From an uncultured Planctomycetia bacterium (lineage in GTDB: Bacteria; Omnitrophota; Gorgyraeia; JABMRG01; JAFGKX01), in NCBI GenBank assembly GCA_964570585.1, contig CAZMYR010000006.1:1636-65635 (forward strand): DNA of 64,000 bases, read 5' to 3'. The notes under the pieces were generated by a model. It was not told the origin of the DNA, ran no database searches, and worked only from the letters and a program-made list of their open reading frames with translations. Made by a program: the position numbers and the translations under genes. Numbering within the stretch: position 1 is the stretch's first letter; each line of letters opens with the position of its first letter. Shown piece after piece: positions 1-9,265 of the stretch.

Positions 1-264
1 AGCATATTGGCGGGCAATCTTTTCCGGAATTAATTTCACTACCTTAGGATCTATCTTAAATCTGGACAAATTTAATACCGGTATATTAAGTTCTGAACTT
101 AAAAGGGCAGCTAAATCTTTCTGGCTGATTGCCTCTTTATCAACGAGTAATTTACCGAGATTGCCGCCTTCCCTCTTCTGCTTATCGATTGCCTGGGCAA
201 GGTCTTTTTCGGAGACCAGCTTGCTCTCTTTTAATATCTCTATCAATTTTTCATGCAATCGCAT
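1..264 (-). CDS. 5' part of GspE/PilB-type ATPase or MshEN-domain protein (runs off the window)
   Basis: Manual translation MRLHEKLIEILKESKLVSEKDLAQAIDKQKREGGNLGKLLV...IPVLNLSRFKIDPKVVKLIPEKIARQYA is paralogous to the N-terminus of 2834..4549. Confidence 0.8.
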   Translation of the reverse strand, partial: MRLHEKLIEILKESKLVSEKDLAQAIDKQKREGGNLGKLLVDKEAISQKDLAALLSSELNIPVLNLSRFKIDPKVVKLIPEKIARQYA

Positions 265-266
265 TA

Positions 267-1955
267 TCATCTTAAAAGCACCACTCCAAGAACCCTGGCG
301 TTAATCTCGCCCAAAATTTTATAATTTCTTAACAGAAACTCTCTTTCGGTCTTCTTGGCTGCTGCGCCAAGAAGGACACCATCTACTATAGATGCCATAG
401 TAGCACAAGGCACAGATTCCGCTATAGCAGGTGAATCTATAATAATTACATCAAATTTTTCTTTTAAACTTGCCATTAAATCGTTTAATTGCTGTTTTTC
501 TAAAGTATTCGCATCCTCGATGTTTAAAATTTTAAGATTCTTTATAACTGTATCGTAAAATGAAAAGGGCTGTTGTTCGCGGCCAGCTTGTCCCGCCTGT
601 CCCGAACGCATGTGAGGGAAACGAATGTGAGGGGAGGCCGCTCCTACGGTATTTTCAGCAGCTAAAAGACGATTGTATTTTTTGCGTTTACCGTTAACAT
701 TTATCAGCGCGACTTTACCGCCGATAAATGTCATAGAAATGGCTAAGTTTGCGGCCAAAAGGTCCCCTTCCTTTAAAAGCGAACTGTAAAGAATAGATTT
801 TAAGGGGGTGGCCAGATTTATAAATTGTATATTAGAACGTAATATCTCAAAAGATTTGATAACAGCCGGATTTTTAGGATAATCGAGCAATAACCCGGAA
901 GCAGGCCGCTTTTTTGGCTTTATAATTGTGCTTAAAGTCCTTATGCCTAAATCACGTTTTATTTCATTTTCGTTCCAGACAGTCTTATCCAAGCTTGCGG
1001 TTATAGAGCCGGCTAAAAATGCTATTATGATACCAACTGCCAGCTTACCCGATAAATCCAGGAATTTTGTCTTCATAATATCAACATCGATGATTTTCGA
1101 CGCACTTATAATATTTCCGACAATTTGCCTCTCCGGTAATGTCGTTGCTTTTTTTAATGAATTATATCTTTCCGAAAGCTTATCGAACAATTTCCCTTTC
1201 CTCTGATAATCGTCCTTTAATATTGTTTCTCTTTTATGTTCTTCCACTAATATAGTTTGTTTGTTATTTAATTGTTCGGTTTTCTCGGTTACCTGATTAA
1301 CAATTTCTTTAATCTGAGGGTGCTCTTCGGTATACACCGTGCGCATTTTCGAAAGGCTGGCCTTTAGTTCGCTTATTTCTCTTTTTAACTGCCTGGTATC
1401 ATCCGCTATTCTTTTTTCTTGAAAATTCTCAAGGGCAATTCTGGCAGCGTCAAAACCAACCTTTGCTTCCTTAAGTTCGCTATTTAGAGATTTAAGTTGT
1501 TGTTTTCCAGACTCATAAATCTCTGCTTGCATAGCTTGCCTTTCTTTGGCGGCTGCATCTAAATAAATGGTTGCAATTTCATTAGCAATTACCTTGAGCC
1601 CGTGTCTTTCTGTTGTGGCTAATTCAATGTTTAATATATCTTTGTCTTTAATAGTAATATTGAGATTATTCTTAATAAAGGTGAGTTCCGTTTCAATTTC
1701 GATTTTCGAAAGGTCAGCTTTTCTTAAGGCACTGATTAACAATTCCTTACTGCTTAAAATATTAATCTGTTCAGACAGCCATTTCATCCGTTCTATATGT
1801 GTTTGTATATAATCCGGGGGATTCAACTTCATCTTTAAGGAGAGCTTATAATGAGGCTTTATAGTCTGAATAGGAATGAATAACGGTAAAACGGCTAATA
1901 GCAGCAGCCATCTTCTTCTTTGAAAGGCCCTCTGCATTTGACGGAATAGTGCCAT
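267..1955 (-). CDS. Wzc/GumC-like chain-length determinant with degenerate BY-kinase domain
   Basis: TM, long coiled coil, TM, then FEILRSNI...AANLAIS...IIIDSP...VDGVLL kinase-like fold; Walker A lysine and C-terminal Tyr cluster absent. Confidence 0.75.
   Translation of the reverse strand: MALFRQMQRAFQRRRWLLLLAVLPLFIPIQTIKPHYKLSLKMKLNPPDYIQTHIERMKWLSEQINILSSKELLISALRKADLSKIEIETELTFIKNNLNITIKDKDILNIELATTERHGLKVIANEIATIYLDAAAKERQAMQAEIYESGKQQLKSLNSELKEAKVGFDAARIALENFQEKRIADDTRQLKREISELKASLSKMRTVYTEEHPQIKEIVNQVTEKTEQLNNKQTILVEEHKRETILKDDYQRKGKLFDKLSERYNSLKKATTLPERQIVGNIISASKIIDVDIMKTKFLDLSGKLAVGIIIAFLAGSITASLDKTVWNENEIKRDLGIRTLSTIIKPKKRPASGLLLDYPKNPAVIKSFEILRSNIQFINLATPLKSILYSSLLKEGDLLAANLAISMTFIGGKVALINVNGKRKKYNRLLAAENTVGAASPHIRFPHMRSGQAGQAGREQQPFSFYDTVIKNLKILNIEDANTLEKQQLNDLMASLKEKFDVIIIDSPAIAESVPCATMASIVDGVLLGAAAKKTEREFLLRNYKILGEINARVLGVVLLR
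575..647 (-). repeat. GTAG-type REP-like element, in frame within the Wzc-like gene
   Basis: Minus strand GTAGGAGCGGCC...GGCCGCGAAC; GC-rich, with internal 15-bp and 9-bp tandem duplications. Confidence 0.65.
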
Positions 1956-2326
1956 TATCTTTTCCTTTCCTCTATTATCCTCAATGCCTCCTTCATGCTA
2001 AATGGCTTATATAATATCGAATGAATTTGAGTTTTTAGCGGAGCAGTTATCAGTTCTTCTGCCATAATGCGATAACCTGTCATTATTATAACACCGCAAT
2101 CAGGGTTTTTGTCTTTAATGCGTTTAAAAGTTTCAACCCCGTTTAATCCGGTCATCTTGATATCCAGAAAAACAAAATCAAACTTTTCGGCATCTGTTTT
2201 TTTAATGGCTTCTAATCCATCTTTGGCCACATTAACCGTATAACCCTTTTTGGATAAATAAGCGTCAAAGAGTTCCCTTATCTCTTTCTCGTCATCAACC
2301 ACCAGTATCTTTTTTGCATCTGCCAT
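1955..2326 (-). CDS. Single-domain response regulator (CheY-like)
   Basis: ILVVDD, FLDIKM, KPF motifs; GGAGG RBS before ATG 2326. Confidence 0.9.
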   Translation of the reverse strand: MADAKKILVVDDEKEIRELFDAYLSKKGYTVNVAKDGLEAIKKTDAEKFDFVFLDIKMTGLNGVETFKRIKDKNPDCGVIIMTGYRIMAEELITAPLKTQIHSILYKPFSMKEALRIIEERKR

Positions 2327-2372
2327 TGCTCCCTCCGATATCAAAGAGTATGGTGCCATGCACCACCTACTG

Positions 2373-2663
2373 TTAAAACGTCTCTATATCATTCAGTATA
2401 TTTCCCGTAACTGCGTCCAGTTCTTTTTTTGCCTTTTCCTTTTCCTCCCCGCTGCCCGGAAATAGATTTATTATGTTTTTATTCATTATGGTCTGCTGTC
2501 TGCTGGCAAACTTAAGGTATATCCTTATTCCTTCAATACCTCTTTTGATCAATGCGGCGCAATGCAATAATACAAAAAAGACGATAATAATAAATATGCC
2601 CATAACCACCGTCGCGTAAGCCATTATCGCGTCTGTGACTCTAACCGTATGTATTAGTTCCAT
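2373..2663 (-). CDS. Small single-TM hypothetical protein
   Basis: ORF with AGAGGAG RBS and one hydrophobic segment. Confidence 0.6.
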   Translation of the reverse strand: MELIHTVRVTDAIMAYATVVMGIFIIIVFFVLLHCAALIKRGIEGIRIYLKFASRQQTIMNKNIINLFPGSGEEKEKAKKELDAVTGNILNDIETF

Positions 2664-2681
2664 CGTATACTCCTCTATTAG

Positions 2682-2813
2682 AAATCCTAAATCCTAAACT
2701 CCAAATCCTAAACAAATCCAAAACTCCAAACTCAAAATCCAAAATCTCCGTTTTGAGTTTTGTGTTTTGTATTTTGTGCTTGTTTAGAGTTTCGAGTTTA
2801 GTGTTTAGTGTTT
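2682..2813. repeat. Heptamer-repeat imperfect palindrome
   Basis: AAATCCT-like units, AAAC spacer, then TTTTGNG and AGTGTTT-like units. Confidence 0.8.
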
Positions 2814-2833
2814 TATCGTATCGTCTCCTCGCC

Positions 2834-4549
2834 TCACCCTTTATCTGCCATTGTTACTCTCGCAACCTCTTCGAGAGTGGTTATTCCTACCCTGGCTTTA
2901 TTTAGGCCGTCTTCCCTTAGGGTTATCATGCCTTCCTTGCGGGCCTGCTCCTTAATTTCTGATTCTGAAACCTTATCCATTACCAATGCCCGTATGGTAG
3001 GGGTTAAAGCAATAACTTCTATAATGCCGATTCTACCTTTATAACCTGTGTCCAGACAAAAATCACATCCTCCTCCTTTATAGAATTTATCCTTTGCGCC
3101 TTTGGATAAATTAAATTCTTTTCTAATAGAATCATTAATTTCATAAGGTTCTTTGCATTTTGTACAAATTTTACGAATGAGCCTTTGGGCAGCGATTAAG
3201 ATTACCGATGAACTGATCAGGAAAGGTTCAATCCCCATATTGACCGCTCTGGTAATAGCCCCGGCAGCTGTATTGGTGTGCAGGGTGCTTAAAACCAGAT
3301 GGCCTGTCAGGGCTGCTTTAATAGCGATGTCTGCTGTCTCATAGTCTCTTATCTCCCCGACCATTATTATATCGGGGTCTTGTCTCAGCATAGAGCGCAA
3401 AGTTGCTGCAAAAGTCAAACCTATCTCCGGTCTTGCGTTAACCTGATTTATACCCGGTAAATCAAATTCTACAGGGTCTTCTACAGTTAACATATTTTTC
3501 TCCGGCGTTTCAATATACTTAAGGATAGAATACAATGAGGTTGTTTTACCGCAACCGGTAGGGCCGCAGACCAATATCATACCGTGAGGACGCATAGCTG
3601 CCTTTTTAAGTTCTTCCAAAGACCTTCCTTCAAAACCTAATTTTTCTATATCAAGAGTGACTTGTGATTTATCCAATATTCTTAGGCTGGCCTTCTCGCC
3701 ATAACTGCTGGGTAGAATAGCTATCCTGAAATCTACAAATCTATCTTTGAACTTTATTTTAAAACGGCCATCTTGAGGTAATCGATGCTCAGCTATATTT
3801 AATTCTGACATAACTTTTATTCTGGAGATGACTGCATCATGTATACGTTTAGGCAATGTCCTGGCCTTCTGTAAAAGGCCGTCGATACGGTATCTGATTC
3901 GGGTAACATCCTCTAAGGGCTCGATTAGAACATCACTCGCTTTTAATCCGATTGCCTCTGCTAATATCATATTGGTAACTTTAACTACCGGGACTTCTTC
4001 TATCATTCGTCTGAGTTCTGAAACTGTGAGCTGCTTTGCTCCAACAACTTCGGTAGTAATAGATTCCGGTTTCTCCATAACCCTTACTACTTCCTCTATT
4101 GCTTTACGGGTATGTGCGGCATAATATTGTTCTATGGCATCCAGTATCTCTTTAGCCGTTGCGATGACTACCCTTATCTGAAAACCGGTCAGTGAAGCTA
4201 TGTCATCTATCGCAAAGACATTCAACGGGTCAACCATTGCTATTGTTAAGTTTTTTTCAATTTTAGATATTGGAATTATTTCATAACGGCGAGCTATCTC
4301 TTTAGAAACTAATTCTGTTACTGAAGGGTCTATCCTGTATTTTTCCAGGCTTATGGCGGGGGTATTTAAATTCTGGCTTAGAACAGAAACAAGGTCTTGC
4401 TCTTTAACATAACCTAAATTTACTAAAATTTGACTTAATTTTCCACCCTGTTCCCTCTGGACCCTTAAGGCCTCATCTAATTGCTTTTTGCTGAGCAGTT
4501 TTTTTTCCAGCAACGTACTGGTTATTCTTTGCTTAAGGGTTTGAGGCAT
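2834..4549 (-). CDS. pilB: Type IV pilus/T2SS assembly ATPase (PilB/GspE) with MshEN N-terminus
   Basis: Walker A GPTGCGKT, TVEDPVE, LRQDPDIIMVGEIRD, TGHLVLSTLH, CxxC...CxxC. Confidence 0.92.
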   Translation of the reverse strand: MPQTLKQRITSTLLEKKLLSKKQLDEALRVQREQGGKLSQILVNLGYVKEQDLVSVLSQNLNTPAISLEKYRIDPSVTELVSKEIARRYEIIPISKIEKNLTIAMVDPLNVFAIDDIASLTGFQIRVVIATAKEILDAIEQYYAAHTRKAIEEVVRVMEKPESITTEVVGAKQLTVSELRRMIEEVPVVKVTNMILAEAIGLKASDVLIEPLEDVTRIRYRIDGLLQKARTLPKRIHDAVISRIKVMSELNIAEHRLPQDGRFKIKFKDRFVDFRIAILPSSYGEKASLRILDKSQVTLDIEKLGFEGRSLEELKKAAMRPHGMILVCGPTGCGKTTSLYSILKYIETPEKNMLTVEDPVEFDLPGINQVNARPEIGLTFAATLRSMLRQDPDIIMVGEIRDYETADIAIKAALTGHLVLSTLHTNTAAGAITRAVNMGIEPFLISSSVILIAAQRLIRKICTKCKEPYEINDSIRKEFNLSKGAKDKFYKGGGCDFCLDTGYKGRIGIIEVIALTPTIRALVMDKVSESEIKEQARKEGMITLREDGLNKARVGITTLEEVARVTMADKG

Positions 4550-4988
4550 AGTATTTTGTAATTGTTGCTTTTATGTCGCCTTGAGTGCTTACAAATGTCT
4601 GGACTTTACAGTTTGTAATAAGCTCTATATCTTCTATAGCATGTAGATTAAGCGGATTGGACATTGCCACCGTAAGAGAATTACCCACTTTGTCTATTGC
4701 AATCAGGGCGTATTGCTCCGCTACGTTCCGGGGTATAAGTTTTACTATCTCCGGGTCAATTTCGTAATTTTTAAGGGGTAAATATGGGAAACCATATTGC
4801 GTAGTCAAGGCCTGAGCGATTTGTTCTTCCGTAGCAAATCCCAGCAAAACCAATATACTCCCCAGAAGGCCGCCTTTCTCTTTCTGTATCTGCAGGGCTT
4901 TTTGAAGTTCGGGCTCTTTTATTATCTTTCGTTCAACCAAAAGCTCCCCAAGCTTCTTGGTTATCATTCTTCTGGGGGGGGTTATCAT
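4533..4988 (-). CDS. Stand-alone MshEN (T2SSE_N) domain protein
   Basis: Tandem KLGELLV...LQIQ / LLGSILV...LTTQ motifs; no ATPase domain. Confidence 0.85.
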   Translation of the reverse strand: MITPPRRMITKKLGELLVERKIIKEPELQKALQIQKEKGGLLGSILVLLGFATEEQIAQALTTQYGFPYLPLKNYEIDPEIVKLIPRNVAEQYALIAIDKVGNSLTVAMSNPLNLHAIEDIELITNCKVQTFVSTQGDIKATITKYYASNP

Positions 4989-5014
4989 AAGCTTATCCGC
5001 TCCTCATTCTCATC

Positions 5015-5083
5015 TAGGATTAAGTTGTAAGAATTAAGGATTAACTTTTCCCTGCTTAATCCTTAATTCTTAATCCTTAATCC
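5015..5083. repeat. Heptamer (TTAATCC-like) inverted repeat overlapping a stop codon
   Basis: taagaattaaggattaa ... ttaatcc ttaattc ttaatcc ttaatcc. Confidence 0.6.
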
Positions 5084-6486
5084 TTTTTAATGGCTTCCTG
5101 AAGGCGATGCTGGGCTTTCATTATTAGTTCTGCCGCAGAAGCTCCGTCAATAGGATTCTCGCTGATGCCTCCGCAGGCACTAAGTATTTGTAGATCCTGC
5201 CTTGCTTTTGGGTCTATTACTAATTCCGATATCTTTTTCCTGACCTCTTCACTTATTACGCCGGCTTCTCTTTTATTCCTCTCAGGAAGGACTATAGCGA
5301 ATTCGTCATCTGCAAATCTGGCAGCTTTATCTACCGGAGTCAGGTTATCTGCTATTAATTTGGCAATCTTTTTAAGGGCTGACTCTCCGGCCATTCTGCC
5401 CCGCTGGTTACAATAGTTCCCGAAGTCCTTTATTTTATAAATTATAAACGAACATGGCCTTTGATATATTACCGAGCGTTTTATCTCTTCTTCGAGCCTC
5501 ACCTTTATATAACTTTCATTATATAGCCCGGTCAATTCATCCATAACTTCTAATTCCTCCGCTTTCTTGATAAGGGCGTCATTTTCAAGGGCTATGGTAA
5601 CTTGCTTTACAAGGACCTTAAGAAGCTCTATGTCATCTTTTTTAAAAATGTGGTTATCTTTTCTATTTCCTGTCAGCAAAATACCTTTGCATTTTTCATG
5701 CAGCACAACTGGCAGAATTATAACATTTTTAAGCTCGTAGTTTTTCTGTAGCTCTTCTATCTCATGGGTTATTTTTGTATTCTTATCTATAATAATGTCT
5801 TTAATCTCAACGGCTGCTTCACCCAATAAACCGTGCCCCAAGCGTACCGGCCGTTTTACAACCTCGGTAGATTTAAAATTTACTAATGCAGCAGGTTCGA
5901 GTGTATTTGTCTCCTCATTTATAATCATTATAACCGCAGGATTAGAATCTTCTACATGCGATACTTTTTCAACAAGCAGGTCCATTATATTCTGCAGTTC
6001 TCCCCCCGCAGAAATAAGACTGCCAAACTGAAGCAACCCGGAAAGCGCCATTACTTTTTTATTTATCTCTATATTAATCTCTTTTGTCCTCTCTCCGTAA
6101 TTTTTAAGTTCGGTAATGTTATCTCTTATTCTTTGGGTCATAACATTAATCGATTTGCCTAATTCACCGATTTCATCTTCCCTGGTTACCTTTATATGAT
6201 GTTCAAAGTCTCCGCCGGCAATCTTTTTTGCATCGAGAGCCATCCCGACAATCGACTCAATCATTTCTCTGGCAAGATATAAACCAAGGCCTGTTACAAT
6301 TATTGTGATAAATATAACCATGCTAATCGGTCCTATATCGGTATAGCCGTATTTCGGAAATATAAAATTAGTGGCTAAATAGGCACATATCAGTAATGGT
6401 ATTATGGACATAAGCGAGAAGGCTATCGTCAATTTGTATCGTAACGGTTTTGGAACCAAAGACATTTGCTTAAAGAATTTTTCCAT
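5077..6486 (-). CDS. Membrane HAMP-GAF-GGDEF protein with degenerate active site
   Basis: 2 TM, HAMP (REDEIGELGKSIN), GAF, DELTGLYN, ARFADDEF; GGAGGAG RBS before ATG 6486. Confidence 0.85.
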   Translation of the reverse strand: MEKFFKQMSLVPKPLRYKLTIAFSLMSIIPLLICAYLATNFIFPKYGYTDIGPISMVIFITIIVTGLGLYLAREMIESIVGMALDAKKIAGGDFEHHIKVTREDEIGELGKSINVMTQRIRDNITELKNYGERTKEINIEINKKVMALSGLLQFGSLISAGGELQNIMDLLVEKVSHVEDSNPAVIMIINEETNTLEPAALVNFKSTEVVKRPVRLGHGLLGEAAVEIKDIIIDKNTKITHEIEELQKNYELKNVIILPVVLHEKCKGILLTGNRKDNHIFKKDDIELLKVLVKQVTIALENDALIKKAEELEVMDELTGLYNESYIKVRLEEEIKRSVIYQRPCSFIIYKIKDFGNYCNQRGRMAGESALKKIAKLIADNLTPVDKAARFADDEFAIVLPERNKREAGVISEEVRKKISELVIDPKARQDLQILSACGGISENPIDGASAAELIMKAQHRLQEAIKKD

Positions 6487-6586
6487 TTTATCTCCTCCTA
6501 TCGACTTTAAATGTCGCAGAAAAGTTTTAAAAATTCTCCCTTTTTTGTGCTTGGTTTCTTGCCTCAATTTCGCATAAATCTTAGTG

Positions 6587-6940
6587 TTACGACGCTTGCG
6601 AAAGGTCCTTTAAAATTCGTTCCACCTCTGCTTTGAGTGTTGGGATATCCTTTTTTGTTGTAGACCAAACTGCGTCGATATCTACTCCAAAATAATCATG
6701 GATGAGCTTATCTCGCATTCCTACTATATCTTTCCAGGGGATATGGGGATATTTGCTTCGTAAATTAGAGGAAACTCTCTTGGCTGCCTCTCCGATGATT
6801 TCGACTTGTCGAATAACCCCATCCTGGAGAAGTAAGGTTTTGCTAAAGGTCTCTTGCTCAACCCCTGAGATATATTCTTCAATTCTAGCAATTGCATCTA
6901 AAATATGCTTTAGGTAGACTGTATCATCCCGTTCTTTCAT
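6587..6940 (-). CDS. HEPN/DUF86 (HepT-like) RNase toxin
   Basis: [28 protein letters not shown] (Rx4H motif). Confidence 0.92.
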   Translation of the reverse strand: MKERDDTVYLKHILDAIARIEEYISGVEQETFSKTLLLQDGVIRQVEIIGEAAKRVSSNLRSKYPHIPWKDIVGMRDKLIHDYFGVDIDAVWSTTKKDIPTLKAEVERILKDLSQAS

Positions 6941-7223
6941 AAAATACCTCCATCTCTTTTTTAATCCTGCCTCTTAAATAAGGGCTGATAGAGGCCTCGG
7001 TTAAAAGGTCTATCTTTCTGCCTAAAGCTTCTGAAAGCACTCTTTCGATCCTTACAAGCTCAAGCAAGCTTTTGGATTTTGAAAAACGAACTAAAAGATC
7101 GATATCACTATTCTTTCTAAAGTCTCCCTTTACAAAAGAGCCAAATAGCGCTAAGAATACAATATCGTTGCTTTTGCATATTCCGAGTAACTTGTCTTTG
7201 TTGTTAGTAATAAGGGCTCTCAT
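6924..7223 (-). CDS. Minimal nucleotidyltransferase (MntA-like) antitoxin
   Basis: LFGSFVKG...SDIDLLV, GRKIDL; overlaps the HEPN gene. Confidence 0.92.
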   Translation of the reverse strand: MRALITNNKDKLLGICKSNDIVFLALFGSFVKGDFRKNSDIDLLVRFSKSKSLLELVRIERVLSEALGRKIDLLTEASISPYLRGRIKKEMEVFYERTG

Positions 7224-7377
7224 AATTCTCTTTCCCTCTCGCTTATTTGTTCTCCTATAATATGTTCGTTCTTTTCCAGGGTCTGACCCTGTTAATCACA
7301 GAAATAGTTTACTATATGTGTTATTTAAAGTCAAGATAGGAAAATAAGTAAAGAATTGATTCTGGTGGGTGGATTAG

Positions 7378-7911
7378 TTAATTGTTGTTATGCTTATAAC
7401 GATCAAGTAATCTTTTAATATCCTCTTCGGCTGACCTGGATACCATGGCGCCTACAAAGATGAGAACAGAAAGCTGCCAGCAGTCTTCCGGACCTATTAT
7501 AAGGCCAGTGTGGACATCTTCTGCACGCTGAAGTCCGTCTTTATAATGTCCGATAGCCTTCTTTAGGAGCCCTTCATAAATATCAATCAGCGATGTTTGA
7601 TTATTATATTTTAGCGAAGGAAAGCGTACCCCTCTTATTAACAGAAAATCGATTACTTTGTTACTATTTACATCCAGGTCATCTTCAAATTCAAAACCCT
7701 GCAATTGAGGGGGGTTTCCCGGTAAGATAATGGTGGGCTTTTCCACCAGGATCTTGCCTTTTCTTACTACAGTATCGCCTATATTTAAGGTCGATTCTGC
7801 TAAAAATATATAAGGGATTTCTGTATGGGTGAAGGTCTCCAGCAGGCGGATTCGCGTTCTCATTATCTCTGTATTTTTTATGGCCTTTTGCCACATCTCT
7901 TGTATATCCAT
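7378..7911 (-). CDS. Hypothetical protein
   Basis: Long soluble-looking ORF; upstream TTGACT-16-TATAAT promoter at 7982..7955. Confidence 0.65.
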   Translation of the reverse strand: MDIQEMWQKAIKNTEIMRTRIRLLETFTHTEIPYIFLAESTLNIGDTVVRKGKILVEKPTIILPGNPPQLQGFEFEDDLDVNSNKVIDFLLIRGVRFPSLKYNNQTSLIDIYEGLLKKAIGHYKDGLQRAEDVHTGLIIGPEDCWQLSVLIFVGAMVSRSAEEDIKRLLDRYKHNNN

Positions 7912-8008
7912 AGGACTAGGAATGCACCGTTTGGGCAATTAAATACGATAATTGATTATAACAAATAAGATACCAAAGTCAAACAAAACTTCCAGGTTGT
8001 ATAGAATT

Positions 8009-8535
8009 TCAAAACGCACTGTGTAAATGCATATAAATTTCTCTTATATGGTTAAACGTTTCTATATAACCTTTGGTTTTATAATCCGGGTATGTCCATT
8101 CAAATGGTTGAAAACTCCCTTTCTTAAAGTATAATGTTACTTCCGCAAAAATTCCCCTATCTAAATATATACGGTGGTAATAATTTTCAGTTGTGGCTAA
8201 GACTAATTTTGAAGCAGTGACATAACCGGGGTCTATATTTATCAAGCGCTTACCATTTTTAGAATATCTTTTTTCGAGCTTATTTGTAAAAAGCTTTATT
8301 TTAGCTAATTTGGTAGGGGCTATCAATTCGGAGAAACTTAAAAACTGCCTTTTAAGACTAGGGCCCATCTCTTTCCGATAATAATCAGTCAGGTTAAAAT
8401 CATAAATCGGGCTTTTGTAATCTACGGCGCCAAATTTTTTACTCAAGATACCCTGGACTATATCAAAATTATTTTCATCACTAGTTATAATGCCTGAAAT
8501 TAACTTTACCGGTAAAACTCTGCGTATCTGCCCAC
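8009..8535 (-). CDS. DUF4416 family protein; start codon appears frameshifted
   Basis: YYRKEMG, RLINIDPGY, LVLATT, HRIYL, EWTYPDY; frame is open upstream (GQIRRVLPVKLISG) but the GTG at 8535 is one base out of frame. Confidence 0.75.
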
Positions 8536-8946
8536 TTATGCCTTGGGTTTAATCTTCTCCACTATCAGTGGATAGCGAACCTTTAATTCCCCATCTAGCA
8601 ATACCTCAACTGAATACTCGCCTGGAGCGCGAAACAGTATATTGTTGAATCTAGCAACTATTCTATGCTTTGTCCGTAAATCGTTTAACTTAAAACTTGT
8701 CTTTTCATCTTCGATTAGTTTAACGCCTTCAGGCGTTATTATCCTGGTCCGCTGGGTAAATTCGCCCATTCCGCTGCACCAACAATTCATGACATAAAGC
8801 TTTGCATGGCGCACCGGGAAATTAACCGCTCCAATAGTTTCGAACAGACCGATAAGTATAAATTTTCCGTTATCCTCGCGCCTTACGTCATCGCATAGAA
8901 CAGAAAAAAGTAAGGTAGGTTCTATCTTTTCGCTTTCTTCAATCAT
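8536..8946 (-). CDS. DUF6941-like hypothetical protein
   Basis: LCDDVRREDNGKFILIGLF motif; GGAGG RBS. Confidence 0.65.
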   Translation of the reverse strand: MIEESEKIEPTLLFSVLCDDVRREDNGKFILIGLFETIGAVNFPVRHAKLYVMNCWCSGMGEFTQRTRIITPEGVKLIEDEKTSFKLNDLRTKHRIVARFNNILFRAPGEYSVEVLLDGELKVRYPLIVEKIKPKA

Positions 8947-9002
8947 AATGTCCCTCCATGTTATTATGGGGATTGTAGCATAGTAGCCACCTATTCGCAA
9001 CT

Positions 9003-9225
9003 GGAATTTTTGCTCAGCAACCGCCTATTCGCAGCACGCATTTTTTCGCCAAAACCAATCCCTCAAGCGAAGAGCATTGCAAACAAGATAAATTTCTGCA
9101 TACATTGCCGAAGCGACTCCTCAACAAGAGCGAACAATGCTCGAGCTCACGACAAGCGGAGGCAGGTACACAAAACCTAACAAGAGCGTCCCTGCGAAAA
9201 TTGCCACAGGCCTGAGCAAAATTCC
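9003..9225. mobile_element. Structured MITE-like element related to 56052..56256
   Basis: Terminal IR ggaatttttgctcag/ctgagcaaaattcc; 9012-9046 matches the reverse complement of 56222-56256 at 34/35. Confidence 0.55.
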
Positions 9226-9265
9226 CTTTACAAATCCCATTTCTAGGTGTATATATAAAATTGGT

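Noticed and set aside
2682-2813. Heptamer arrays or family A subrepeats as a CRISPR array
   Set aside because: No constant 23-47 bp repeats with unique spacers, and no cas genes
6587-7223. HEPN/MNT pair as a novel defence system
   Set aside because: Canonical, widespread toxin-antitoxin module
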